Positions 38,200-48,395 of a stretch of DNA of 64,000 nucleotides are shown in pieces. A program made the translations under genes and the position numbers. The stretch lies in assembly GCA_044222185.1 (NCBI GenBank), contig JBGANV010000007.1:192001-256000 (forward strand), read 5' to 3'. Every line of letters starts with the position of its first letter. Position 1 is the first letter of the stretch. The notes under the pieces were generated by a model. The model did no database searches. It saw only the letters and a list, made by a program, of their open reading frames with translations, and was not told the DNA's origin. Origin of the DNA: Planctomycetota bacterium. Its GTDB lineage: Bacteria > Planctomycetota > GCA-002687715 > CAIWVZ01.

Positions 38200-39105
38200 T
38201 CAGAGGGTGAAAAGGTCCCCCGCGACGCGGGGACCCGGTGGGCCGAGTCGGAATCCTGCGGCCGCCTCCGTCGCCTCGAATCCCAGTCGCATGATCGTGC
38301 GCAGCGCACGCGGCGCCGGCCCCGTGGATTCGAGGATCAGTTCCTTCGCGCCCGCGTCTGCCGCGCGCTGCGTCAGGCGGGCGAGCGCGTGTTCCGCGTG
38401 GCCATGATCGCGCACCGACGGTCCCGAAAAGAGGTGGGTGATGTTCCAACGCCGGCCGGCCGCGTGCCCGGCGGCGACGACCTTGGCGTCGTTGCCTGCG
38501 AATCCCACGAGGACCGCGCCGTCGCGGTGCGACGTCAGAGCCTCGAGGGCCGGCAGGACGTTCGTGTCCGCGGGATTCGCGGCGGCGGCCGGCGCGAGGA
38601 GCCGGGGGATGCGATCGGCGCTTTCGCCCTCGATCCACAGCCATCGGAGATTCGGCGCGGGAAGCTCGGTCGTGAGCGGGTCCGTCTTGCGGACGAAGCG
38701 CACGACTCCGCGGGATGGATCCAGTCCGGCCCGGAGGATGAGGCCCGCGCCGCCCTTCACGCCATGCCAGACGGAGGCCGTCACGCGGTTGTTCGAGCTC
38801 GCTGCCACGTGCGGTCGGACGAGGGCCTGGAGCAGCTTCTGCCCCAGTCCCTGACCGCGGGCGGCGAACTGAACCGTCACGACGAACACCTCGCGCTCGA
38901 TCCCGCGGTCGAACGCGATCGCCAGTCCGCGGACCCGTTCGCCGTCGGCGACGCGGGCGACGACACACGACGGGGAGAGACACGCCGCCGCAAACGGCAG
39001 ATGCCCGAGCTGCTCCCCCGTCGAGAGGGCCAGGTCGCGGCAGTGATCCACGACGAATGCGAGGTCCTGGGGCGAAAGCCCGCGCGTGATGGCCGGTTCG
39101 TTCAT
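38200..39105 (-). CDS. Tandem GNAT-fold acetyltransferase-like protein
   Basis: ARGQGLGQKLL and VRDHGHAEHAL acetyl-CoA-binding-like motifs, plus RLGF. Confidence 0.65.
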   Translation of the reverse strand: MNEPAITRGLSPQDLAFVVDHCRDLALSTGEQLGHLPFAAACLSPSCVVARVADGERVRGLAIAFDRGIEREVFVVTVQFAARGQGLGQKLLQALVRPHVAASSNNRVTASVWHGVKGGAGLILRAGLDPSRGVVRFVRKTDPLTTELPAPNLRWLWIEGESADRIPRLLAPAAAANPADTNVLPALEALTSHRDGAVLVGFAGNDAKVVAAGHAAGRRWNITHLFSGPSVRDHGHAEHALARLTQRAADAGAKELILESTGPAPRALRTIMRLGFEATEAAAGFRLGPPGPRVAGDLFTL

Positions 39106-39215
39106 CGCGCGAAATCCTAACCCTGCGGCCGTCAAAGCCGAGCCTTGCCCCCACCCATCTTGCGCCATCGCTGTTCTTCTTCGGCCGCTACGGACGAAGA
39201 ACACGAGCGCGACGC

Positions 39216-42200
39216 ATGAAGGTCCGAGAGTCCCAAATCCCGCTCCGTCCCGAGGACGCCACCGAGCTGTTGAAGCTCGTGAGCGAGCGGGTCGAGCAAC
39301 GCCTCGTCGGCCGCAAGGCCGCCGCGGACGGAGTCCTGGCCGAGATCATCGAGCCTCTGGGGACGTCGCTCGACGATGCGGGATGGCACGTCGTCCACGT
39401 TGCACACCTCGTGCGTGCACGGTGCTACCTGGCGAGCCGCACCGGCGCGGTCCTCGACGCGGCGGCGGCCTACCTGGCCGCGGCGGACGCGGCGGCGAAC
39501 CTGTCGGAGCGCCTTCACGCCAACGACGACCTCGTCGCCATCGGCGCCGACCTCGTTGCCGCCCTCGTCAAGCTCGAGTCGCGGCGACGGGCCATCCGCG
39601 TCTTCTCGGTCTACGTGCGGGCCCTGAGCATGATCGGCGCGACCGCGGAGGCCCTCGATGGGGCTTTCGCAGCCGCACCGAACATGGCCCGCAAGGCCGT
39701 CCTCGGCGGGCTCCTGCCGGAGCTCCGGCAGATCGGAGCGGCGCTCGCGCGGCTTCACGACTCCTGCGTGACGCTCGACCAGGACGTTCGCGACAAGCGT
39801 CGGGACATACTCTTCCGCATCGGCGTTCTCGGCGCGGACGACGAAGCGACGCTGCGATTCCGGCCGTCGCTCTCGGCGATCTCGCCAGAGGACGGCGAGG
39901 CTCTCGCGTCGGCCATCATTCGCACGCGTGCGGCGGATTCGGAGTCCGTGGAGTTCCTCGTCCGACTCGCCGACGCGCAGCCGAGCGCATTTGCGGCGCT
40001 CGGCGACAGCACACGACGATGGCTTCGCCCCCGATCGCGCACGCATTCTTCCGAACTTCCGTGCCTCGAGCGCGGCAACCTGTGGGCGCGTGGCGTCTGG
40101 CCGGGGGAGGGCTGGCCCGTCCAGCACCTCATTCGCATCGCCGCACGGCAGCGTCAGCCCGTGGCCGCGGTTGCGTGGTTCGCCGGACTCGCGGACCGCA
40201 ACATGCCGACGGGCGGCAGCCCCTACCTCGTCGGACCGCTCCTGTTTCGCCTGGGCTTCGACCGGACGGCAGCGCGAATCGGCGGTCCGACGCTGAAGCT
40301 GCTCGTTCGCGCCGAGGATCTCCTGTCGAGCGGCGCCGGCATCCGAGTCCTCGAGGACTTCGTAGGCGGGGTCCAGCGCGTGCTGGACGAGCGCAGCATT
40401 CCCGACTCGCTTCGCGCGGCGGCCCTCCGCATCGAGGGGCGACTGCTGGCGGCGACGGGTCGCTTCGACGAGGCCGCGCGCGTTCTCGAGTGCGCCATGG
40501 CGCGTGACGACCAGTCGTCCGCGGTCGCCGTCGACCTCGCCGAGGTTCTCGTGGCGAAGGGTGACAGGCGTCGCGCGCGAGCGTTCGTCGACGTCGCGGA
40601 GGCCGGCCGCCGTTCCATCCGCCTCGGCGAGATCAAAGCTGCATTGCTCGAGCAGGACGGGAATTTCGTGGAGGCGGCCGCGGCGCTCCTCGAGGTCCTC
40701 GACCGTCACGGGAAGCCCAGGGGCGAGCCCGATGCCTGGGTTGCGGCGCAACTCGAGAAAGTCGAGGAGAGCTTCCGCGCACTGTGGGGCGCCGCGCCCG
40801 AATCGTCGCTCTTCCTCGCCGAGCTTCGGGGCGAACTCGAAGAGTGTCAGGGCAACGAAGAGCGGCCGCTGTCTACCCCCGACGTCATCCGAAGACGCGC
40901 GTTGATCCTCGCGGATCGCGGCGGAGACGGACCTCTCGCACTTCGCCTCGCCGAGCCGTGGATCGACCGGATCCTTCACGAACCGACCTTGGCCTCGATC
41001 GTCGCCCGCGCGCGGCTCCGGTGCGGCGACGCGTCGGCGGCCCTCGCCACTCTCGATCCTCACGGCGCGGACGCGGAAGGAGCGACGGGGGTCCGAGCGC
41101 TCGCCCTCTGGCAGCTCGAACGGCAGGAGGATGCGTTGGCGTTGCTGCGGGCGTCCGATTGCGCATCCGTCGGGGCGATGCTTGCCCACGCCGCCATGCT
41201 CGCCGCCTACGATCGAGTCCCCGAGGCCATGTCGGTCCTCGAGCGCGCCGTCGACGAGGGTCTGGGAACCCAAGAGGCCCAGGCGCGCCTTCTGTCGCTG
41301 CTCGGCCTTCTGCAGGAGCGCAGCGGAGAGGATCTGGCCGCGATCGATTCGTACGCGCGCTCGCTGGAACTCTGCGAGCGGATCGCCACGCGCCGCGACT
41401 ACGTCCGCATGACGGCCGTCCTCGGATTGCGCGAGCCGCCGCGGTCCGCGTTGGCGCGCGAACTCTTCGAGAATACGCACGCGGCGATCGAGGCGGCGCC
41501 CGAGGGGCAGGACGACGTCTGGGGCGCCATCGCGCTGACGGCGTTGGGGCGCACGGGCCCGTTCTCGCCCGAGGATCTCGAGAAGGCGATCCTCGCATCG
41601 GCACACGAAGCGTCGGAGACCGACGTCGAACGGCGGCGCCTGGGGTTGTGGATCGCGCACCTGGAGGCCGCGGGCGACTGGCGCCGCGCAGCCCGCGTGG
41701 CGCGTGCGGCGGAATCGTTGCTCGGACGGGCGGTCCACGCCGGGATCAGCTGGCGAGCCATGCTGCGCATCGCGGCGGACGACGAGTCCCCGCCCGATGC
41801 GAGGGGACGGTTCGATCCCGGCGGTGTGGCGGCCGCCGGAGCCAACGGGCGCGCGCTCGTCGCCATCAACGGTGTCCTTTCGGGAGTGCCGGTCCCGTTC
41901 CCCGAACCGGATGATGCCCTCTCCATCGAGTTGCAGCGGGGACTGGCCTGGGCCAGCGTACTCGGTACCGACCCGGCCCCGGTTCACGTCCACGTTGCGG
42001 CCCTCGCAGCGCGGGGGCACGAGATCGAGGCGTCGCTTGCCGAGCGAACGCACGCCAGAGATTTCGCACAGGATCTCACCGTCCTGATCGCACAGCTCCG
42101 CGAGGCCGGGAACCCGCTTCCGTTCGAGTTCGCGACCTGCCGCCTGGCGGCGCTGCGACTGGCAGCGCTCGAGGGCGAGGGCCGCGAGGTCACGATCCAC

Positions 42201-42404
42201 GACGATGATCGCGGTCACGTCGTGACGCGTCTTGCCGAGGGACTCGCCGAGCTCAGGCGGGCGCGGGCGGCCACGACGCCGGAGGACCTGCGATCGCTCG
42301 CCGAGCGGGCCTGCGACCACTTGGAAGGCTTCCCCGACCTGAAGGCCGAGCTCATTTCCGCCGTCGATGCCGCAACCGCGCCCGCCGTGGAGTCCCCACC
42401 ATGA
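39216..42404 (+). CDS. Large alpha-helical TPR-like hypothetical protein
   Basis: 1062 aa, Ala/Leu-rich, with TPR-like segments (GRFDEAARVLE, AAIDSYARSLEL). Confidence 0.65.
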   Translation: MKVRESQIPLRPEDATELLKLVSERVEQRLVGRKAAADGVLAEIIEPLGTSLDDAGWHVVHVAHLVRARCYLASRTGAVLDAAAAYLAAADAAANLSERLHANDDLVAIGADLVAALVKLESRRRAIRVFSVYVRALSMIGATAEALDGAFAAAPNMARKAVLGGLLPELRQIGAALARLHDSCVTLDQDVRDKRRDILFRIGVLGADDEATLRFRPSLSAISPEDGEALASAIIRTRAADSESVEFLVRLADAQPSAFAALGDSTRRWLRPRSRTHSSELPCLERGNLWARGVWPGEGWPVQHLIRIAARQRQPVAAVAWFAGLADRNMPTGGSPYLVGPLLFRLGFDRTAARIGGPTLKLLVRAEDLLSSGAGIRVLEDFVGGVQRVLDERSIPDSLRAAALRIEGRLLAATGRFDEAARVLECAMARDDQSSAVAVDLAEVLVAKGDRRRARAFVDVAEAGRRSIRLGEIKAALLEQDGNFVEAAAALLEVLDRHGKPRGEPDAWVAAQLEKVEESFRALWGAAPESSLFLAELRGELEECQGNEERPLSTPDVIRRRALILADRGGDGPLALRLAEPWIDRILHEPTLASIVARARLRCGDASAALATLDPHGADAEGATGVRALALWQLERQEDALALLRASDCASVGAMLAHAAMLAAYDRVPEAMSVLERAVDEGLGTQEAQARLLSLLGLLQERSGEDLAAIDSYARSLELCERIATRRDYVRMTAVLGLREPPRSALARELFENTHAAIEAAPEGQDDVWGAIALTALGRTGPFSPEDLEKAILASAHEASETDVERRRLGLWIAHLEAAGDWRRAARVARAAESLLGRAVHAGISWRAMLRIAADDESPPDARGRFDPGGVAAAGANGRALVAINGVLSGVPVPFPEPDDALSIELQRGLAWASVLGTDPAPVHVHVAALAARGHEIEASLAERTHARDFAQDLTVLIAQLREAGNPLPFEFATCRLAALRLAALEGEGREVTIHDDDRGHVVTRLAEGLAELRRARAATTPEDLRSLAERACDHLEGFPDLKAELISAVDAATAPAVESPP

Positions 42405-43198
42405 AGTCGAAGTCCGATGACAGCGTCGCGACCTCGAAGCGCCGTCCGTCGGTTCGTCCGGCACCGGCGCCCGTGACGCCGTTCAGCGATCGCGTCGCGG
42501 ACGTCCACAAAAAAGCGGCAGGCGGCCGGATCCGCACGGCACGCGAGCGCCTCGAGTCGCTCTACCGCGAGGCCCTGGCGAACGGGCGGACGACGGACGT
42601 CCGGCAGGTCGTCGATGCGCTCGACGAGATGAATCGCAACGAGGACGTCGCGCGCCTCTCCCGCGTGCGACAGGCAGTCGAGGACCACCTGGCACGGGGC
42701 GAAGTCCGGCTCGCGCTCCAGCTCCTCGGCGGACATGCCGATCCAACCGTCAGCGCCGAGCCCGAGCTGCTCCTCGTCCGACTTCTCACGCACGTGACGC
42801 TCGGACGGTACGAGGACGCGGATCGGGACTACGTGCTCCTGCGGGGCCCGCTGGATCGCGGCGAAGTCACGGTTCCCGACCGTGCGGCGCTCGAAGCCAA
42901 GCTCGCGGAGGAGCGCGCGAAGAGGCTTGCGTTGGAGATTCCGCCGTCCGGGCAGACCATCCAGGAGACGCCGCCGCCGTTCTCGCCAGCGGCCCTGGAC
43001 TCGGTCATCGCGGCGACGGAGGCCCATCTGCGGGCCGAGGATCCCCTCGCTCCCGCGATCCGCGCCGCCATTCGTGGCGCACTCCGCCGTCAGCTCGCGC
43101 GCGATTGCGAGGTCGCGCGCGCCGAAGCCGTTCCGCTCCCGATGGCGTTCGACGCGAGACCGTGGCTTGACGAGGCTCTGCGTCTCGATTCGCCATGA
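42401..43198 (+). CDS. Alpha-helical TPR-like hypothetical protein
   Basis: ATGA overlap with the upstream gene and an LGRYEDA TPR-like segment. Confidence 0.6.
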   Translation: MKSKSDDSVATSKRRPSVRPAPAPVTPFSDRVADVHKKAAGGRIRTARERLESLYREALANGRTTDVRQVVDALDEMNRNEDVARLSRVRQAVEDHLARGEVRLALQLLGGHADPTVSAEPELLLVRLLTHVTLGRYEDADRDYVLLRGPLDRGEVTVPDRAALEAKLAEERAKRLALEIPPSGQTIQETPPPFSPAALDSVIAATEAHLRAEDPLAPAIRAAIRGALRRQLARDCEVARAEAVPLPMAFDARPWLDEALRLDSP

Positions 43199-43243
43199 CG
43201 GGTGACTTCGGGTTGCGCGTCGCGCCGGTATCATCCGCGCCTC

Positions 43244-44017
43244 ATGCGGATCTCCACCCTCGTTCTCGCCAGCGTTGCGGTCGCTCTCGCGATGTCCGGT
43301 TGTGCCGTGGATGACTCGGGGCGCGCAGCGGACGGGGACGGCGGCACGAAGGTCCGCACGACCGGTGGTCGCGAAGGGCCGAGCGTCGGGGTCAGGCGCG
43401 CGACTTCGGTCGAGGGCCGGCCGATCGAGGCCCGGATCGTCGGGACCGGAGCCCAGACCGTGCTTCTGATCGGCGTGATTCACGGAAACGAGGCCATCGG
43501 GAGCGGTCTCATCGCGCGCCTGCTGGAGGACATCGATCTCGATCCGTCCCTGGCCGAAGGGCTGAGGATCGTCGCCGTTCCCGTCGCCAATCCGGATGGG
43601 TATGCGAAGGGCACGCGGACGAACGCCCGCAACGTCGACCTGAACCGCAACTTCCCGGCTGCAAACTTCGTGGCGTCGGACCGGCGCGGCGCCGAGCCCG
43701 TCTCCGAGCCGGAGTCGCGTTTCCTCGCCGATCTCATCCTCGAGGAGAAGCCGGTCCGGATCCTCTCGATCCACCAGCCGTTGCAGTGCGTCAACTACGA
43801 CGGACCCGCGGCGGACCTCGCGGCACGGATGGCCGAGGCGAACACGTACGAGGTGAAGGCCGACATCGGGTACGCCACGCCTGGTTCGCTGGGGTCCTGG
43901 GCCGGTCGCGACCTCGGGATACCGATCGTGACTTTGGAGACCGGGCGGTCGGGGGACGTGTCGACGTCATACCTCCGCCACCGCGAGGCATTGCTCGTGT
44001 TCCTCCGCGGGAGCTGA
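43244..44017 (+). CDS. mpaA: M14 zinc carboxypeptidase, murein peptide amidase MpaA-like, lipoprotein
   Basis: Lipobox MSG-C, IHGNE, NPDG, RTNARNVDLNRNF, SEPES, SIH and TPGSLGSW motifs. Confidence 0.85.
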   Translation: MRISTLVLASVAVALAMSGCAVDDSGRAADGDGGTKVRTTGGREGPSVGVRRATSVEGRPIEARIVGTGAQTVLLIGVIHGNEAIGSGLIARLLEDIDLDPSLAEGLRIVAVPVANPDGYAKGTRTNARNVDLNRNFPAANFVASDRRGAEPVSEPESRFLADLILEEKPVRILSIHQPLQCVNYDGPAADLAARMAEANTYEVKADIGYATPGSLGSWAGRDLGIPIVTLETGRSGDVSTSYLRHREALLVFLRGS

Positions 44018-44156
44018 GGCCGTCGATTCCTTACGGCGGACCCCTGAGTCGGGCCGATAAGTTCCTCAGAAGTGCAGCCTGGCGGCGCCGCTTTGTCGGG
44101 TGTCGTCGGAAGCGCGCTTCGTGTCGACCCCTGATGAACATGCAGAAGGCAGCCGC

Positions 44157-45779
44157 ATGAGGGTTCTGGTCGCGGAGGACGTTCCGGCGCAGCGCATGAT
44201 CCTCGCCCGCCTCATCAAGAGTGCGGGCCACGAGGTCGCGCAGGCCGAGAACGGCGAAGTCGCACTTCGGCTCTTCTCCGAGTCGGAGTTCGAGTGCGTC
44301 GTCACCGACTGGCAGATGCCCGTGATCGACGGCATCGAACTATGCCGGCGCATCCGCGAGATCCCCAAGAACCATCACGTCCACCTCATGATGGTCACCG
44401 GCGCCGACGGAAACGAAGACGTGCTCCAGGCGCTCGCCGCTGGGGCGGACGACTTCATCCGCAAACCGATCAACTACGCCGAGATCGCCGCGCGTCTGAA
44501 GAACGCCCAGCGCCAGCAGGAGATCTACGCGACCCTGGCGCGCAACTTCGCCGAACAGCTCGCACTGAAAGAGAGCCTGGGTTCGAAGGACGCCGTCTAC
44601 CGCGACCTGTTCGCCAAGACCCCCGATCCCATGTTGAGCCTGGACGATGCCTGGCAGATCCAGGAGGCGAACGAGGCGTGGTGCCGCTCGTTCGGCTGGA
44701 GGCCGGACGACGTCCGAGGGCGTGCGCTCGATCAGTTCGTCGTCGAGGCGTCGAAGAAAGACCTCTCGATCTTCCAGCAGCGCATGACGGCCGGACCCGA
44801 TGCGCCCGAAGTGGCGCTCAACCTGAAACACCGGCAAAGCGAGGTGCGCGAAGTCCAGGTCAGCGGTTCCCGCATGATCGGGACGGCCGACGTTCCGACG
44901 CGCGTGATCCTCCGCATGCTCGACGTGACCGAGTCGCGTCGCGTCCAGGCGCAGGTTCTCGAGCACGAGAAGATGGCCATGGTGGGCGGGCTCGTGAACG
45001 GCGTGGTGCAGGAGGTCAACGGGCCGTTGTCCATGGTCTGGTCCACGCTCGGCGCGCTCGACAAGTACGGCGCCCGGCTCATCGAGACGTTGAACGGCTA
45101 TCAGCCGCTCGAGGAGATCGTGGCGCAGGCGGACGTCGAGGGTGCGGCCGACGCGCTCGAGGCCGTGCGCCGTCGCCACCGCTCCCTGAAGATCGACTTC
45201 ATCGCGACGGACTTTTCCCACCTCATCAGTCGGGGGCGCGAGCTCACCGATCGTGCCCGCAGGATCATCTCCGACATCGGGACCGTGACCCGGTCGGACG
45301 ACGAGATGGCGGAAACGGATCTCGTGGACGCGATCCAATCTGCCGTGGGCCTGTCGCAAGCGATCCTGCGCGACCGGATCGAACTGGTGCGGGAGCTTCC
45401 AGCTTCGGCGAAGATTCGCGGCAACCACGCCCGTCTCACGCAGGTCTTCACGAATCTCATCAAGAACGCGGTCGATGCCATCCCGGCCGGCCGTGCGGGA
45501 CGCGTGAAGGTCGCCGTCACGATCGACGACACCCGAGCCCACGCAACCGTTGCCGACGACGGCGCCGGCATCGCGCCGGAGAACATGAGCCGCATCTTCG
45601 ACCCGTTCTTCACGACGAAGAAGTCGGGCGAAGGCGTCGGCCTGGGACTCACGGTCGCCTTCAGCATCGTGAAGTCGCACAACGGAACGATCTTCGCTGA
45701 AAGCCCGCCGGGCCTCGGCACCACGTTCCACGTGGAGTTCCCCGCGCTCGCTCCCGTTCCGGCGGTCGCGGCGACGTAG
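44157..45779 (+). CDS. Receiver-PAS-histidine kinase-like protein lacking the phosphoacceptor His
   Basis: REC domain (AED, TDWQMP, KP), PAS domain, H-box read as GVVQEVNGPL, and intact N/G1/F/G2 boxes. Confidence 0.9.
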   Translation: MRVLVAEDVPAQRMILARLIKSAGHEVAQAENGEVALRLFSESEFECVVTDWQMPVIDGIELCRRIREIPKNHHVHLMMVTGADGNEDVLQALAAGADDFIRKPINYAEIAARLKNAQRQQEIYATLARNFAEQLALKESLGSKDAVYRDLFAKTPDPMLSLDDAWQIQEANEAWCRSFGWRPDDVRGRALDQFVVEASKKDLSIFQQRMTAGPDAPEVALNLKHRQSEVREVQVSGSRMIGTADVPTRVILRMLDVTESRRVQAQVLEHEKMAMVGGLVNGVVQEVNGPLSMVWSTLGALDKYGARLIETLNGYQPLEEIVAQADVEGAADALEAVRRRHRSLKIDFIATDFSHLISRGRELTDRARRIISDIGTVTRSDDEMAETDLVDAIQSAVGLSQAILRDRIELVRELPASAKIRGNHARLTQVFTNLIKNAVDAIPAGRAGRVKVAVTIDDTRAHATVADDGAGIAPENMSRIFDPFFTTKKSGEGVGLGLTVAFSIVKSHNGTIFAESPPGLGTTFHVEFPALAPVPAVAAT

Positions 45780-45789
45780 AGACGGCGCT

Positions 45790-47490
45790 TCACACCTTCC
45801 GCGACACGTCGAAGCGCGCGACGGCGACTCCGCCGGCGAAGAGAAGGCCCAGATCCAGGGCGGCGAATGCGGCCAGGCTCGCGGCGGTCGCCACGGCCCG
45901 GGCGAACGACACCGACGCGTCGGGATTCGACGGCTTCGCCAGGTGGAAGGTCAGGTAGTAGGTCGACGCCACGACGCCGGCGGCGATGCCGATGGCGATC
46001 ACGCGCAGGAACAACAGCAGCAACGATCGCCCCGCGACGTTCAATCCAGCTTCGGATCCGGGAGTGATGCGGATCGGCATGAACAAGAAGACGATGTTGT
46101 CGACGGCCATGACGCAGAACGTGAATGCAGGGACCGCGAGGGCGATGGGGATTCCCTGATCGAGCGGCAGGTTGCCGAGAAGCAGCAGGCCCACCAGTCC
46201 CACGAGGAGGATCCCGGAGATCACGATCCACTCCGGAGCCAGGATCGCTGCGAAGACGGTTCGCGCCGTCACGGGCCACGTCTTGATCCGCTCCATGCGG
46301 TCCAGCTCTTCGCGGAAATCGAACCGCATTCCGAACGAGAGGTAGAGCGTCCCGAGCAGGACGAAGATCAACGCGCGGGCGAGGGAGCTTTGCTCCTTGT
46401 GGGAATCGAGTCCGTTCGTGATCAGCGTGATCACGACCATGATCATGCAGGTGAACACGAGCGTTCGACGGGACTTCCGCACGAGAGACGCGATCTTCGT
46501 CCATGCGATCGCGCCGAAGGGGCCGCGCCCCGCGAGCCACGGCACGCGCCAGCGCGCGCTTCCGGCGGATGCCTGAGCACCGGCCGCGCCGCCACCGGAC
46601 TTCTGTGCGCGGCGGATCCGTTCGGCGATGTTCGCTGCCGTTTCCAGCGAGAGCTCCCGATAGTCGATCGGAAGGCGCGCGGTCAGCTCCGCGAGCGCCA
46701 CGCCGATCGCGATCGCGATGGCGAACCACACGCCGAATTCCGCCAGGGTCGTGGCGGTCATGGCTCGGATCCACGGCTCGAAGGGGAGCGTCAGCGCGCG
46801 GATCACCGGGTGGTCCGCGTATTGGAACACGTCCGGCGCCGGCGCGGCGCCCGGATCGGCGACGGGAGCGATTGGGCGACCCGTGAACGACTGGAAGGCC
46901 AGGCGCAGCAACGCCAGGATCGCGAGGAGCGACACGATCTGCAGGACCCGCTTGGTCCACCCTTCGAATCGCTTCTTCTCGAGGGATCCGAGGACGATGG
47001 CCAGCGTCTGGCCGAAGATGCCGAGCGTCTGCATCGCGGCGAAGGCACCCAGGAATCCGAAGGCGACGACCGGTGCCCGTTGCGCGGCCATCATGCCGAA
47101 GATCAGCCCGCCGACGATCCCGCGGCCGAACGCGGCCATGAGGCGATAGCGGACGATGTCGCTGCGGTCGACGGGCGCCGCGAACAACACCTCGATCTCC
47201 TCCTTCGGCAGGTAGAGACCACGAAACCCGGTGGCACCGATCACGCTGAGCACCGTGAGTGCGAGGCCGCCGATGCGGGCCATCGCAGAAAGATCGTTGG
47301 GGCTGTATTGGAACTTGCCCCGAACGCAGGATCCGACGGCGACGGACGTCACCCAGAGACCGAATGCGATCAGACCCAGAATCGTGAACGCCGCGCCCGA
47401 CGGCGTCTTGGCGCGGCGCCATTGCCGGCGAAATCGACCGCGGAGCTTCAGGCGTGCGAGTCGGCGGAGTGCGGGCGTCGGGAGGATCAC
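45790..47490 (-). CDS. Putative ABC exporter permease
   Basis: About 12 TM helices, EIEVLFAAPV motif, and GTG overlapping the stop of the ABC ATPase gene. Confidence 0.82.
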   Translation of the reverse strand: MILPTPALRRLARLKLRGRFRRQWRRAKTPSGAAFTILGLIAFGLWVTSVAVGSCVRGKFQYSPNDLSAMARIGGLALTVLSVIGATGFRGLYLPKEEIEVLFAAPVDRSDIVRYRLMAAFGRGIVGGLIFGMMAAQRAPVVAFGFLGAFAAMQTLGIFGQTLAIVLGSLEKKRFEGWTKRVLQIVSLLAILALLRLAFQSFTGRPIAPVADPGAAPAPDVFQYADHPVIRALTLPFEPWIRAMTATTLAEFGVWFAIAIAIGVALAELTARLPIDYRELSLETAANIAERIRRAQKSGGGAAGAQASAGSARWRVPWLAGRGPFGAIAWTKIASLVRKSRRTLVFTCMIMVVITLITNGLDSHKEQSSLARALIFVLLGTLYLSFGMRFDFREELDRMERIKTWPVTARTVFAAILAPEWIVISGILLVGLVGLLLLGNLPLDQGIPIALAVPAFTFCVMAVDNIVFLFMPIRITPGSEAGLNVAGRSLLLLFLRVIAIGIAAGVVASTYYLTFHLAKPSNPDASVSFARAVATAASLAAFAALDLGLLFAGGVAVARFDVSRKV

Positions 47491-48320
47491 GAGCCTGGAG
47501 CTCCATCGCTCGGGGGCACTGCGGCCGCGGGCTGCGGCGGCGCCACATCGGCCCGGTTCCCGTTGGACGTTGCCGCGAAGAAGATCTCGTTCAGGCTGGA
47601 CCCCGGAGCGGCCGTGATCGTGCGGCGGGCGTCGTCGAGCGTACCCGCGAACACCTTGCGGCCTCGATCGAGGATCACGATCTCGTGGCAGAGCTCCTGG
47701 ACCAGATCCAGGAGGTGTGACGAGAGGATGATCGCCGCGCCCGTGGCGCAGAGAGCTCGCAGGGCGTCCTTTGCCCGCACGATGCCGAGCGGATCGAGGC
47801 CCGTGAGCGGCTCGTCGAGCAGCACGAGCTTGGGGTGCGTGATGAAGGCGCAGCACAACGCGAGCTTCTGGCGCATGCCTCGGCTCAGTTCTCCGCCGAG
47901 TGCATCCTTCTTCTCGACGAGCTCGAACGTTCGCAGGAGTTCGTCGGCGCGCGTCCTCCAATCCGCTACGCCGTAGAGGTGCGCGGTGAACTCCATGTGC
48001 TCGAGGACCGTCAACGTGTCGAACGGTTGGGGGTCGTCGGGAACCCAGGCCAGGCACGATTTCGCCTGACGATCCTGGTGGGCGATGTCGAAGCCGCCGA
48101 CGAGGATCCGGCCTTGCTTGATCGGGAGGATGCCGCAGATGGACCGCAGGGTCGTCGTCTTGCCGGCGCCGTTCGGGCCGACCAGGCCGACGATCGTGCC
48201 CGGTCTGACGACGAACGAGAGGTCCCGGACGGCCTCCGCGTTGTCGTAGGCCTTCGAGAATGCCTCGACGACGAGGACCGGCGCCGCGCCCGGTGGAACT
48301 CCTGGGGACACTGGATCCAT
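47487..48320 (-). CDS. ABC transporter ATP-binding protein
   Basis: GPNGAGKTT, LSRGMRQKL, LLDEPLTGLDP and SSH motifs. Confidence 0.95.
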   Translation of the reverse strand: MDPVSPGVPPGAAPVLVVEAFSKAYDNAEAVRDLSFVVRPGTIVGLVGPNGAGKTTTLRSICGILPIKQGRILVGGFDIAHQDRQAKSCLAWVPDDPQPFDTLTVLEHMEFTAHLYGVADWRTRADELLRTFELVEKKDALGGELSRGMRQKLALCCAFITHPKLVLLDEPLTGLDPLGIVRAKDALRALCATGAAIILSSHLLDLVQELCHEIVILDRGRKVFAGTLDDARRTITAAPGSSLNEIFFAATSNGNRADVAPPQPAAAVPPSDGAPGS

Positions 48321-48395
48321 GATGGTGCCTCTGTGAGCGGGCAGTCTATCGAGTCTCGCGTATGAGACCGCCCCGTCGATCTCACCGAACGGCTT

